Shown one piece after another: positions 26,450 through 42,336 of a stretch of DNA of 64,000 nucleotides. This DNA comes from Octopus vulgaris (Eukaryota). The notes under the pieces are model-generated. The model ran no database searches, was not told the DNA's origin, and saw only the letters and a program-made list of their open reading frames with translations. How positions within the stretch are numbered: position 1 is the first letter of the stretch; every line of letters begins with the position of its first letter. Location of the stretch: assembly GCA_951406725.2 (NCBI GenBank), contig OX597816.1, positions 37,262,001 through 37,326,000 of the forward strand. Direction: 5' to 3'. The translations under genes were made by a program, and so were the position numbers.

Positions 26450-26924
26450 TTTTTCTTTTCCAAAAACAATTTAACATTAAATTGATGGATTACTCAATAG
26501 ATCTGGTAGAGTACAAAATTGTCATCCTTTAACAATATGATTGACAGTGATATCGAAGTTTCAGCCAGATAAGTCATCAGAGTACACGTGTGTGTGTGCC
26601 GTGTGTGCCATGTGTGTGTGTGTGTTTGTGTTTGTGCGTGTATGCATATATGTGTGTGTCTGTGCATAGGTATGTGTCTCTGTGTGTTCATAGATCTCTA
26701 ATAAAAAAAAAGGGAGAAAAAGTAGTAGATGAAGCCATTGTCTGAAATTTAATCTTCAAGATATTGTGAATTAAGAGAGATTTGCACGGATTTAACAAAG
26801 AAGTGCAAAGTCGTCGTCTAAAATATTTTGAATAGATTGATTGATGGGCAAATGTCGTTTGTATTTAGAAGAAAGGAATCTTGTTTGAAACTATTAACAT
26901 ATATACGAAGGTACACACACACAC

Positions 26925-27219
<295 letters not shown>

Positions 27220-27509
27220 GTATAGAGATGTGCGTACGTGCACACACATATGTAAATATGTGCGTGTGTATGTATATATTTACATATAGATTTATGTATG
27301 CGTGCAGGCAGGCGTCTGTACACACGTATTCTCGTGAATTAAATACAAACGCTTACATACAGGAACAAAGTGACACGAAATCATGTGTATTTAGCTGGAT
27401 AATATTAATCTTGTTTTCTTAGATTATTGTAATCTACGTTGTAGGTATAGTAACAGTATTATGTTGGTATTATCACTGCAATAATATTAATATTACTACT
27501 ATAGGAAAC

Positions 27510-27584
<75 letters not shown>

Positions 27585-27634
27585 CGAGAGAGAGATAGGT
27601 ATATATTTGTATGTACATATAAATATATATAGAT

Positions 27635-27690
<56 letters not shown>

Positions 27691-28059
27691 AGGTTTGGTA
27701 TATGTATATATATATATACATACATATTTTTGTGTTCATTTATGCACGTATGTATGTGTAGCTTTACTATGTTTTTATTGATATAATAATGGTAGAAGGT
27801 GGGCAGTCTTAAAGGTTATTCTTAGATGTGTTATATATACTTCTGAATTTGAGATCGTTCAGTATCAGAATGAATGTCATTGATGTGGGATCGATAAAAT
27901 GTCTCATACACTAATAAACAGAGATAAAAAGAATTAATCAAATTTAAACCTATTTGTCAATCTGAATTCCGAGATAGAAATCCATGAATATGTTGACAAC
28001 TTATTTGGCATTTGTGTCTCTTACGTTGACATTCTTTGCTCTCTTACTTCTTAACACAT

Positions 28060-28101
<42 letters not shown>

Positions 28102-28279
28102 GTATATATATATATGCATTATATATACATATATATCTATATATAAATACATGTTTGTGTATGAGTGCGTGTGTGTGTGTTTGTGTGTGTTTGTATGTAT
28201 GTATGTATATATACATCTGTACATGAGCATACGCACATGCATACATATATATATTTATGTATATGTACATGAATATATA

Positions 28280-28331
<52 letters not shown>

Positions 28332-28765
28332 TGTGCAACAGTTATATTAATACTACTTCATCATTCTGACAGTCTCCAGAAAAAAGCAAGCAGCCAAACT
28401 GTTTATATACTCAACAAATGCAGCAGTTACTCGATGAAGGAGTCCCTAATTTGTAATACTCCTTTACTCGTTTCAGCCATGTGGCTGCGGTCATGCTTGA
28501 GCAAGAACGTGGTCTTTCTGATTTCCTCGAATTGTAGTTATAGCCACGAAATTGAAGTTATAGCCACGAAACGTACGTAGTCTTTTTACTTATTGTATAA
28601 TGTTTATTCAGTGCACTTAACTATCTGAAATAGTAGAGTGTGTATTTTGATAGCAATCATACATGTCTTCGTCCTAGATACCATCCGAGCAAACCTAACG
28701 TGCGTAAGTCCGAGTTTTACACGAGATTCAGAGACTGTGAATTTGTTCTTTTGTACGATCATTAT

Positions 28766-28885
<120 letters not shown>

Positions 28886-28954
28886 AGAAGCTTAGTGTAA
28901 TAAGAGCAGAGCGCAGGATAGATACGGATAAAGAACTTGAAAATGCACTCATAA

Positions 28955-29016
<62 letters not shown>

Positions 29017-29766
29017 ATCTGGGGAGAGATACAAAAACGAAGTGTATATATATATATATATACTTCTAATATTTTCTTATCCAAATTTGCTTCAACCATA
29101 ATATGCATCATACCTTATTTTAAGCAGAGCCATTTGTATATTTTGGCTTCAATTTGCCCTTTACTAAGACTATAGTTCACCAATTTCCAATCTTTTCACT
29201 CTTAAAGTATAGCAATTTAACACAAATGGCAATATATTTAATGTGCTATCATACATTTTTGTTTAGCAATGGTTAGGAATATTAGCAGCCATTGGTAAAT
29301 CTATTTCACAGTACTTACTTAATCACCAGTATTCAACACATATTTTCATCCTATTTCTTTCTATAACCATTCATAAAAATATAAACTGCTTCTTGTCTTC
29401 ACGAAATATCTTCATATGGATGAAATTAGTGAATAGTTCCTTTTCAATTTGATCAGCTGGTAGATAATTAAATCCTTAACTATGCAAGTATTCATTTTCT
29501 CGTCTTAAATATTTACATTTTTCACATATATTTTCTACATAATACTTTTTACTTTCACACCACGTTATAAACTTTTCCCCATTTTTATTTACTGATCTAA
29601 AATAACCCAAATATATTTCTTGGAATATACATCATTCCTTCATAAAGACGATTTAATATAAGGCACTGTTATTTGTGAGTTACCGTTTACATTTTACTTT
29701 CAATTTTCCATTTTGTAGTGAAACCAAATTTTACCTATCCAACTTTAGAAATCATGAACTAATATT

Positions 29767-30205
29767 AGGCGTGTTTGTGTGGTAAGAAGCTTGATTCCAA
29801 ACCACATGGTTCCGGGTTCAGTCCCAATGCGTGGCAACTTGGACAAGTATCTTCTACTATAGCTTCGGGCCAACCAAAGACTTGTGAGTGGATTTGGTAC
29901 ACGGAAAGGAGCAAGTCGTACATATATATGTGTGTGTGTATGTGTGTGTGTGTGTATTTATGTATGTATGTATGTATGTATGTAGATATTTTATATTTAT
30001 GTGTGTGTCTATCTATGTTTGTCCCTCCCACACACACCATCGCTTGACGACTGATATTGGTGTGTTTATGTCCCCGTAACTTAGCAGTTCAGCAGAAGAA
30101 TCCGATAGAATAAGCACCAAGCTTACAAAGTCCAGGGTTGATTTCTTCGACTAAAAGGCGGTGCTCCAGCATGGCCCCAGTCAATTGCCTGAAAAAAGTA
30201 ACAAG
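29767..30205 (+). mobile_element. SINE family A, diverged
   Basis: Colinear with family A. Confidence 0.88.
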
Positions 30206-30805
30206 AAAAAATAATATTTACTTCTAACACGTCTAAGTAGGTTCAGACACAAAATATACTATTCACTGTAGTGTATGTCTCAGGAGACCTAACTCTTCCT
30301 CGTTAGACTGCAATGTGTTTAACACATTCATCTCAATGGCACACGGCTTTCTGGAACACCGATGTTTCAGTATTTTGTGTCTCGTCAACCAGAAGTTGAA
30401 ATCTAAGCAGCTGGATTTATTTATGCTTTCAGCGAGAAAAAACTTTGTTGATCGATGCTTATGTCTGCCAAACATAAAAAATCGTTGTTTGCACCATTTT
30501 CAGCGATATTAGGAATGAATATTTACATATTTATTCGTAACACGTCTAGGCAGATTCAGACGTACAATATGCTGAACGCTGTAGTGTATGTCTTAGGAGA
30601 CTAACTCCGTTTTGGCGCACAGCATTCAGTGACATCGGACGTGCTAAGAAAAAAATCATATAAATATTCTTTTCTTCACAAACGATTTTCTTAGAAATTA
30701 TATAATTTCTAAATATCAAGTAGTTTGAAGGTACTCCGTTAGGTTCTACTTTTCTATGTGTAAATTAAGTTATACGATCGATATTTTTTATTAGATTTCC
30801 CGCAT

Positions 30806-30971
30806 AGGCGCAGGAGTGGCTGTGTGGTAGGTAGCTTGTTTACCAACCACATGGTTCCGGGTTCAGTCCCACTGCGTGGCACCTTGGGCAAGTGTCTTCT
30901 ACTATAGCCTCGGGCCGACCAAAGCCTTGTGAGTGGATTTGGTAGACGGAAACTGAAAGATGCCCGTCGTA

Positions 30972-31009
<38 letters not shown>

Positions 31010-31250
31010 TGTGTGTGTTTGTGTTTGTGTCTGTGTTTGTCCTCCTGGCATTTCTTGAAAACCGATGCTGGTGTGTTTATGTCCCCGTTACTTAGCGGTT
31101 CGGCAAAAGAGACCGATAGAATAAGTACTGGGCTTACAAAAGAATAAGTCCCGGGTCGATGGAATAATGCCAATTGAACACTGTGGTCGATATAATCGCC
31201 TTTCCCCGCCCACAAAATATCAGGCTTGTGCATATAGTAGAAATAATTAT
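30806..31250 (+). mobile_element. SINE family A body with family-B-type tail
   Basis: Family A to about 31160, then a tail resembling the B copies at 2848 and 45614. Confidence 0.85.
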
Positions 31251-31289
31251 TACATCTCCATAAAAGGAGATAAACTTGGAGTATCTTTA

Positions 31290-31465
31290 GCTTGGCGGCA
31301 TTTCTTCTGACTCATTACGTTCTGAATCCAAATACCGCCGAGGTCAACTTTGCCTTTCATCCTTTAGGCGTCAATAAATTAAGTACCATTCAAGTACTAA
31401 AGTCGGTGTATTAGACTCCCCATTTATTTCAAAATTGATGGCCTCGTGCCAAAATTAGAAAAAAT
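31290..31465 (+). mobile_element. SINE family B, diverged
   Basis: GCCGAGGTCAACTTTGCCTTTCATCCTTT block. Confidence 0.75.
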
Positions 31466-32179
31466 ATTTTATTTCCTATTATAATGAATTCTACGCTTTT
31501 TTCCGATGTCATCGCTCTTCATTCATATCTTAAATGATGATAAATTAGATTTCTATCTTTATCGGCTGAGTTTGGAGGAAGAAGAAGTACCTATGACTAT
31601 TACAGGCCCTCAAGATCGGTAAGCTTGTTGATGTCATTTAAACTATTGCCAGTCAACACCTGAAAGGGAAAATCTGAGCAAGAAGAAGTATCAAGGGGCC
31701 GATATTCTGGTGGGTTAAATACCGAAAACAATGGTTAGTGCAGAGGGAGATGTTCAATGCAACGGGGACGACGTGATGTGGAAAGAGAAATCGTTTGGGA
31801 AGCCTGAGTGGTATGTACGATGTAAATCTAAATATTACAAAGGCTGGCCGTGGATGAATTAAGAATGTTAATACATTCTTTCTATGCTACTCGTATCTGT
31901 AAAAAGAAACTGAAGGACCGTACGCGGTTTCTTGACCGCTTTTCAGAGAAGACGTATTTAACTTCCTTCCCTAATTAATAGCATAAATCTTTCAGCATGT
32001 GCGTATGAGTGTGTGTGTGTGCGTGTGAATGTATGAATATATGTATTATGTCATTTGACTAGCACTGAGTTGAATAGCTAAACTTGCTTGTTTATGCTTT
32101 TGACGGTTCGCCATTAATTAAAGAATATCTCTTTTGCTCACAACGCAGAGTAAATTAGAAACACTAAAATACATATAAA

Positions 32180-32355
32180 TATTGGTTTCAAATTTTAGCA
32201 AAAGATTAAGAATTTCTGGTATTTATTTTATCGACTCCGAAAAGATAAAAGGCAAAGTTGACCTCGGCAGAATTTGCACTTAGAACATAAAGACAGACGA
32301 AATGCCGCTAAGCATTTTACCTGTCGTATTAAAGATCCTGTCGGCTCACTGCCCT
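32180..32355 (-). mobile_element. SINE family B, diverged
   Basis: Reverse complement of the family B core. Confidence 0.75.
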
Positions 32356-32494
32356 AAAATTCATACGAATTGCTGTGTGTATATGTTCGTGTGTGCTTGT
32401 ACACATACACACACATACACGCAAACACAAACACATGCACACACTGACACACCCACACACGCTGACACACGCACGCATACACACATATATATAT

Positions 32495-32725
32495 ATTTCT
32501 TTACTGCCAACAAGGGGCTAAACATAGAGGGAACAAACAAGGACAGACAAACGGATTAAGTCGATTACATCGACCCCAGTGCGAAACTGGTACTTTATTT
32601 ATCGACCCCGAAAGGATGAAAGGCAAAGTCGACCTCGGCAGAATTTGAACTCAGAACGTAACAGCAGACGAAATACGGCTACGCATTTCGCCCGGCGCGC
32701 TAACGTTGCTGCCAGCTCGCCGCCT
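32495..32725 (-). mobile_element. SINE family B, full length
   Basis: Close reverse complement of 34299-34526. Confidence 0.93.
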
Positions 32726-32744
32726 AATTAATAACACACACTCT

Positions 32745-33735
<991 letters not shown>

Positions 33736-33963
33736 GCCTGCTCGCTTAGCCAGCGGGGTGGCGTCAATCGAAGGCTAAAACAATGCGAACGTATTGTGAC
33801 CAGCGATGTGTACCAAAATCTGATGGTCTGGTCGGTCACGTGATCACGTGATATATTCCTGATGATTTCTTTTGAATGAAACAGTTCTAGTCCTGTAGAA
33901 GCTCCTTCTATAAAATAAGGAGTACCTTATTTACTGTGGTTAACCCCGACTCAACCCGGGACC

Positions 33964-33995
<32 letters not shown>

Positions 33996-34298
33996 CGTAC
34001 ATATGGGCGTTTGTGTGGGTCTATTCCTGCAGTCTATTCCTGTAATTGTAAATGAATTGTAACTACTTTGCCCTTAATCATGTCCCTGTTATCTTTCAAG
34101 ATGTTCTTTGAAAAATGATGCTTATGTGTTTATATTCTTTTTGTATTTTGATATATAATGACCGAAACGGACTGTGAATGTCATATTCGTCGCATTTGGT
34201 GGCCAGTGCACCTCAATTTCAAACGTGGGAGGACCGTTTCTTCAGTAAATATCTCCTTTGTAACTGTCCTGCATGGCCAGTTGTATATCTAATTCTTA

Positions 34299-34526
34299 AG
34301 GCGGCGAGCTGGCAGAAACGTTAGCACGCCGGGCGAAATGCGTAGCCGTATTTCGTCTGCTGTTACGTCCTGAGTTCAAATTCCGCCGGGGTCGACTTTG
34401 CCTTTCATCCTTTCGGGGTCGATTAAATAAGTACCAGTTACCCACTGGGGTCGATGTAATCGACTTAATCCGTTTGTCCTTGTTTGTCCTCTCTGTGTTT
34501 AGCCCCTTGTGGGTAGTAAAGAAATA
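34299..34526 (+). mobile_element. SINE family B, full length with 13-bp TSD
   Basis: ATATCTAATTCTT at 34285-34297 and 34527-34539; head GGCGGCGAGCTGGCAGAA..GAGTTCAAATTCC. Confidence 0.95.
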
Positions 34527-34770
34527 ATATCTAATTCTTCCCGACAGATAGCATTAAAGGCAATAGAAGCTGAGGTGGAAGAGTTTTTCCCTTTCTGGTA
34601 CTTAGAGTCTTGAAGGGGAATGGTAATATGTCCCGGGTATCCGTTAATTCCCAGTAATTTTTCGATTTGGGTCATACAGAAAACTCGATTCAGTTTTACT
34701 GCATTTGTGTTGGATACAGGATAGTAGCAGACTGGCTATGTCTCTTTCTGTCTCTTTCTTTCTTTCTCTC

Positions 34771-34816
<46 letters not shown>

Positions 34817-35312
34817 TTTTCCAAATGGAGATTATACCACTGATATTTTCATGCGTATAAACTTCGCCTGTCTCTATGTAAGTATATCTTATCTAGTTTT
34901 CGGTTTGGAGAAAATGGACGGAAAATATCAATTATTTTTCTTTTGGTCTATAGCATTTATATTTTTTTCCCTAGGAAAATACTAAGTAGACCCGCATAGT
35001 AACTTCTATTAACAACGGCTGTTCTCAAAGAAGCACACACTGGCCTCACTTTAACTTAAGTGTAGACTGTGAATATCCAGAAACGGTGTTGGTACTTCAC
35101 ATTTTAAAGGCAGTAGGTTGTGTTTAGAGACAGATTTGATAGCCAATTCCAACTGAACGGAATAGCCACGTAGGGACTACTTATTTTGACGAGACGGTTT
35201 GATATAGATTTCATGGTTTCTTCAACAGTCGTACGTTGGAAATGCATATAAAATACCACTGATTAAGTCATACTTAGTAGGTTTCAAAGTTGATTCTTGC
35301 CTCAAGGCCGTG

Positions 35313-35369
<57 letters not shown>

Positions 35370-36299
35370 GTTGTTTCACATATATATATGTATATATATA
35401 TGTGTATGTATATATACATATATACATATGTATATATACATCTATACATATATATACATATATATATATATGTATAAGTGTATATGTGTGTGTGTTTCTG
35501 TGTGAATTTCTCTGCCCTGTCGCTGGTATCATGCTATCTTACAGGCAAAAAAATACAAGTTCTCAATGGCTATATTAACCTTCAACATTTTATAAGTTGT
35601 AATATTACAGGTGCTATTCTATTTAATTTATGTTATTATAGTTTCTAAGTCGTATATAATTTAGTCGACAGGAGACTTACTTACATAAAGTCACTACAAA
35701 TATACATATGATCAGTAGGGTAGAACATCATAGAAAGGAAAATAGTATAATCACCAAAATAGGATGAAGTCAGACTAACTAGGCAGGAGTTATCATGGGA
35801 TAACCATATACCATAACATATAGCATATAACATGGGCAATGCAATTTAATTTACCATATAACATAATATCCCATGATTTTATTATATTTAATACTGGAGG
35901 GTAAGTTTATAACGGATACGGCACCATAATTAATTTCCACCATCAAAGTTCATGTATGGCACCTATAATCGTTAATTTCGAAAATACTTAAATGTACGAG
36001 TGACGCTATGCACGCATGACACCCTTAGGTTAAATCTATTATTAATCAGGTTGTTCTTGTTCCTAGACTTAAAAATCTCATAAGTTTTCATAGAGCACAG
36101 CTCACACCCGTATTGACTATCTCTATAAATGTTGCGCTCTCGGTGTTATATCCCGCTTTCCTTCAGTTCCCAAATCTTGCTAGATAAGAACGTACAATTG
36201 GGTTTATGTTTAAGTCTAAAAGATGGAAAATGGTTATTGATACGTTTTTTCATATTTATCGAACATCCAATAAATATCAAGTTAGCAGCCTCAGTTATG

Positions 36300-36752
36300 A
36301 TTTGATTTGATTTCATTTTATCTAGTTTCAGCTGACGAGCTGTGGCCATGCTGGGGCACCGCCATTTGGTGTTGCTACATGATTTCACTTCACGAATGCT
36401 TTTTAGCAATTGCCATTTGGTGCATGAGAGAGTTCGATGCAGCTGCCCTCATCTGCACCTCCTGCCGTGAAGTTGGTTCATCTGGGACACCTGACAGGAA
36501 GAGAACCAGTTTTATTTTAAAGACATCTGCATCCACCCCATGCAGGTCTCTCAGGTCCTTCGGGAGGATATTAAAGAGCTGTGGGCCTCTGAAGCCCAGG
36601 CTATCACAGTATCTTGTCCTACATCTTGATGGCAAATTTGGAGTCCTTGGTACTATATAGTGGCGCCCGGTTCTAGTATTTGTGTAACTCTCGATGCCAA
36701 AGTTTGGAACAAGTCCTTCTAGGATCTTCCAGATGTATATTATTGCATATCT
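36300..36752 (-). mobile_element. CR1/L2-group LINE 3' end
   Basis: RYAIIYIWKILEGLVPN..RTGR..SLGFRGPQLFNILPKDLR..FKIKL..FL..VPDEP; short 3' UTR and (AAATC)n tail. Confidence 0.88.
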
Positions 36753-36894
36753 TATAGCAAATGATTGTACATTTTTAAATTACGTTTTGGATTAGACATC
36801 AACCTAATAACAGACAGTGGGATTTAACTCTACAATTACAACCAGGAGCATTACTACTATAAATATTATTGATATTCCTATCATTCTTATTATC

Positions 36895-36978
<84 letters not shown>
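36895..36978. repeat. (ATT)n microsatellite
   Basis: Direct reading; poly-Asn on minus strand. Confidence 0.95.
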
Positions 36979-36979
<1 letters not shown>

Positions 36980-37405
36980 CTACTACTGTAATCCGTGTTA
37001 TTTTTATTTCTGTTGTTATTTATACTTCCTTCAACTGTAGTATCATTTAAATTCATCTCAGCATCAACCGGCATTGTGTCAGTAATTGCCTGCGCTAGGA
37101 TAACCTTCGCAGTCACAGTCTATATTGTACATATTAAATGTGCTAGTACTGTTGTTTCTAATTCCTACATCACCATTAATATTATTCTCAGAGTAGTTTA
37201 CATTAGTGTTGGCAATAATATCATTATTATTAACTCCTCTTGCCGATTTTGTATTCTTCCTGTTTAACCTGGCTATGATGGTACCTATATTGGGGACAGT
37301 AGAATACGACATTCTGTCTTACGGGAAAATATTTATGGCTAGCAGGGAAGTCTTTTTCTGAAATTGCCTATATACACACACACGCACATACACACACACA
37401 CACAA

Positions 37406-37474
<69 letters not shown>

Positions 37475-38539
37475 CCACAGCTCATTAGCTGAAACTGGAA
37501 AAATCAAATCAAAATCATAGGAATAAAATTTATATATAAAGAAACAAGAACGTGAAATACACAAAGGGACGAACACAGAAAACAGACGGGTCATTCGAAG
37601 CCTTTAATCTTCAGTCAGAAACCGGATCATCATAGTAAATTTCGGCTGATTAATTCTGATATTTGCTCCAACGCGGCCAGCTCCAAGGAAAAACTAAGCT
37701 GTGAGCATTAGATTTCTTGGAAAAAGGAGCGAATGTAAACGCAACAGGGACGACTATAAATACAAAAAACGAAAACAAAAATAAAAAACAAGAATGGTTA
37801 ATAACAGGATAACAGCAGGTGTCTTACGACTTTAGACAAAATGAGACAAATATAACTTATCTAGCAGGCGTGTTTGGAAAATTGCCTTTTCGGCAATATA
37901 TATATATGTATGTATACTACCTTTCTATAAATATGCATGTTATAATATAGAAATTAAGAAAGACTTAGTAAATATATCCCTCTTTCTCTCTTACTGACAG
38001 TGTCTATGGGAAAACTAAAGCTGAATTATACAAATACTTTCCAATTACACAGACTTCTTTAGGTACCAATTAAATTAAACTGACATTCGTAAAGAATTTA
38101 TCTCTTCCAGTTTTATCGCAATGATATTTAAATATATTCTCCAGCCCTTCAGAGAAAAACTTGGCTTACAAGAATCTTCCATCATACTCAAATACATTAA
38201 ACTTGTTTTATGTTTGTGCTGAGGGGAGAGAATCATATTGAACATTCAATCGAAAGTGTATATTAATCCTAAGAAATCAAAATATATTAATGTAAACGTC
38301 TTTGTTTTCTTCTGTACTTAGAAATCTGGATAAATTCTTGATTTGAAAAATGTTTACTGCCAAAGAAGATAAATTAACCAACTACCAGTGTTCTCATATG
38401 TATCTTCAGTTTCTTATATACTATCTTATATACTATAGAAATAAATAAAATGTACCATACATCTGTTCTATTTGTCAGTTGTCTTACTCATAAATATTCT
38501 ATTCGTTAAAAGTTTCTATATAATATTATCATACTGGTT

Positions 38540-38735
38540 AAGGTGGCGAGTAGGCAGAATCGTTAGCACGCCGGCCGAAATACTTGGCGGCATTCGTCTA
38601 TCTTTACATTTTGAGTTCAAATTTCGCCGTCATCGACTTTGCCTTACATCCTTTCGAGGTAGAGCACTGGAGTCCATTTAATCGACTTATCGCCTCCTCC
38701 AAATTACTGGATTTGGGCCAAAATTTGAAACCAAT
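38540..38735 (+). mobile_element. SINE family B, diverged
   Basis: Head GGTGGCGAGTAGGCAGAATCGTTAGCACGCCG. Confidence 0.8.
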
Positions 38736-38957
38736 ATCACTGTACTGGAAACAAATAGTTTACAACAAACACATTATGATGATATATTCGAGATAAAACT
38801 GACCATATCCACAAGCTAACAGTTTGCTAGTGTCAACAAGCATGTAATTCCAGACAAGCGGGCATCACGAGAGGCACGTACATCATAACCTTTCAGACTT
38901 CACTCATTTCAGTTATTTATAACTCTCATCTTTCCCGTATCGCATATTTTACTGATA

Positions 38958-39200
38958 TATCTGCGACGATTTCATCTCAATCAAAGGAGAGGGGCTTTCT
39001 CCGTCCGGGTTGCGGATCTGTGGAATAAGCTGCCGGACGACATAGTGAAGATGCCGACGACCGCTCGGTTCAAAGTCTCTGTTGACGAGAAATGGCCTGA
39101 ACTCTTTGCATGAACACCCTCCCTGTACATAACTCCATGTCCCCCTACATGGCCTTGCTTTTTGCTTTTTGAGCCAAATTAACTTAACTTAACTTAACTT
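38958..39200 (+). mobile_element. CR1 LINE 3' end with (CTTAA)n tail
   Basis: Close copy of 50675-50920; GAFSVRVADLWNKLP. Confidence 0.88.
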
Positions 39201-39794
39201 ATATATATTGTTTTCAAAATCGAAACCTTACGTCCTAAAAGCTATTCAAAATGGTTGTCACAGCTACATCAATGGATCGTTCAGAAAAGGACGTTAATAA
39301 GCCTATTGGTAAATTTCAATCTGCATATTAATTTAGCATTGGTTACCTCACCGTGATGCCAGCACGCACACTCCACGCCATATTTTTCCAGACTTTTTCA
39401 AGAAGTATTTTCTATTCTACCACCAACAGGCAGTTGCACCACTTTCCCTACATTCACTATTGTATGTTCTAAGACTTCAAATACAATTGCTGATTATTCT
39501 ACTTTCTATGAACAGTGATTTAAGATGAAATTAATGTAGTTCGTAACTTGTGTTGGTATGTTTCTGGTGCCAGACTGACTAGAAGCTAATACCTTATTCC
39601 TCAACAACAAGCTCTATAATAGTAAACAAATATTGAATTTCAAAAGAGGCTATTAGAATAGGAATTTACCATATTTAAGTTATTGGTTTCTTTAGTTTTT
39701 ATTGAATATGGTGGCTTCAAACTTTTGAGAAGTGGAAGAGAATTTGTAATTCATGCTTTCAAAAGACACACACGCATACACACACATATATACT

Positions 39795-39976
39795 TTTGAC
39801 ACAAAGCTTGCAATTTTGAAGGGAGGGGTCGGTCTATTACAGCGCCCTCAGTATTAAATCGATACCTTATTTTATCAAGCACGAAAGGATGGAAGACAAA
39901 GACGACCCCAGCGGAATTTGAACTGGCGTTAACCTTTTTGTTCTTCGTGCAAACGAATCTACCGATTCGTCGCCTT
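39795..39976 (-). mobile_element. SINE family B, old
   Basis: GAAAGGATGGAAGACAAAGACGACC..GAATTTGAACT. Confidence 0.65.
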
Positions 39977-41305
39977 TATAAAGAGCTAAATATACCGTTA
40001 GTCTCTAATGTTCCACCACGAAGCAGTTACTTTACGCAATTGTAGGTGAGTCTCCGATACACATGCGATATATGAATACAGCTTTGTTTAATTTCTGCAA
40101 AGAAAATATTTTATACAAACACGAAAAAAAGAACAATATTTACCACTTTATCTTTAAATCATATTTTAAGTTTAAAATTTATCTTCGAATTAATTCGATA
40201 TAATTCTTTAATTTTTCTAACCACATAGAATTTGTAAAAATGCACTCAAGCTAACTCAAAATTATTTGTACTGGCAACTATTGAAAGAAAAATAATGCTT
40301 ACGGAAATAAACAAGAAATGACTAGGAAGCAATTTTTTTTATTTTTATGAAATAACACAATATTTGTATTAGGTGTTAAATTCCATTTTTCTTTCTCACA
40401 TATTGACTATCAAGATATTTCAAAATGTATCAATACAATTAATAAAGCAAATTATTTAATACCTTAACATCCCATAAATTAACCCAGTTTCAGAATTTCC
40501 TGCTTTCCCTTGTTTTTCTCAAATGGAGTTTTTGTTGTAACACATTGATGTTATTAATTTTTTCTCTCTCAATTCTGAAACAACATCCGGCAGTAACTTG
40601 GACTCGTTTCAAAAAATTAATCTTAATATTCATTTAAAATTTGTTTTTTTCTCTTTACTTCTCTCCTTCGTACATCGATCGCTTTGTGTATTTTGCCTTT
40701 GAAAAATTATCATTTCGGTTAGAGTTTAATTGGCCAATTTTATCTGCATAAAACTCGCTTACACTTCGGAAAAACGTTACAGTCAGTTAAAATAATATAA
40801 TCAATACGTGCGCTTATTAATAAAATCGATACCGCTGTACTGAGATTTCAAATAAATGCCACGAAACTGTTGTTTCTTTTGGTTGAGAAAAATAAATCTG
40901 GAGATCTGAAGCGAAAAATTATATTTATTTTTTCCAAGTAATTTTTCACTTTCATCTTTCACTTCATCTTTCAGAAACAGATTGACAGAAACAAACAAAA
41001 TTAACAATAAATTATCTTCTAAATATTTTGACGTAGCATATGACATCACCAATGAACATTGTGGGTGGTTTGTGCATTTTACAGATTTTGGTGAATTATT
41101 GAAGTCGCTATAACTTTCGGCAGAAATTGTTAGATTTCATCTTTTTCAGCTATCACTGTTTTTTCTTTTTTTCTTTTTAGACAAGTTGAAATTAAGTTTA
41201 GCTGAAAGCCACATGCGTATACACACATAGACACACGTTACGCACACATTCTCATACACATTAATACACACACACAAATATATGCATATATATACATATA
41301 CATAC

Positions 41306-41632
<327 letters not shown>

Positions 41633-41654
41633 ACGAAGATGACTCTTGAGTCCA

Positions 41655-41912
41655 GCTTTCCAGCTTTACTGAGGCAGGGTCTTGCACAGACACTGCATGT
41701 CAGCATCATAGAAAGACCCTTCCCATCTGGTAGTGTAACAGCGATGCCCTTCCTGACATCCTTCCTTACTTTCTCATGTGCAACTCGAGATTTCTCAAAA
41801 GTGGCTGTCCCCTCGTGCACAATCCTTCTCCACCTGCTACGATCAATAGCTATGCCTTTCCATGTGTCAGGAGAGATGCAAGCATCTCTTAAGGAAGCCT
41901 TCAGCAAGTTCT
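41655..41912 (-). mobile_element. RTE-clade LINE C-terminal fragment
   Basis: LKASL..C.I..DTW..IA.DRSRWR..V..G...FE..R, then [13 protein letters not shown]. Confidence 0.85.
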
Positions 41913-42305
41913 TATCGAGTAACAAGCATATGGACATTACAAGTAGGTCTATCGGTCCATTATGTTGTTTATCTGTCATTTATGATTTTATTCATACTGA
42001 GCAAAATAATTAAATCAACATTTAGCCCTAAAAACATTTTAATATATAATAATACGTGGGACCAAGTATAGCTCTGTGGTTATGATGTTTGCCTCACAAC
42101 ATTGCAGTGTGAGATTTGTTATAACTGTGCGTTAGATTGCATCATCACAGGCAGTGGATTTCATAAATGTGGAAGTTAATATATTCTATTTGTTCTATGA
42201 TTTTTCACTGATTTATTCCTATGCGAAATACTTTCTTATAATATAGATACTTCCATCTAATTATGTATGTGTGTGTGAGAGAGAGTGAGTGTGTAAGTGT
42301 GTGTG

Positions 42306-42336
<31 letters not shown>

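Larger units (their letters stand above)
35975..37345 (-). mobile_element. PLE C-terminal region (linker, Cys motif, GIY-YIG) interrupted by a LINE
   Basis: MSYSTVPNIGTII, CNCRVKSHCLL.G.CL..NVI, FIGCS..KKRINNH.PSFR..LSSKIWELK..CELC. Confidence 0.8.

Noticed and set aside
33853-34182. Hammerhead with a 300-nt loop (ATATTC-CTGATGA..GAAACGGACTGT-GAATGT)
   Set aside because: No stem II, the cleavage nucleotide is missing, and the long gap makes chance pairing likely.
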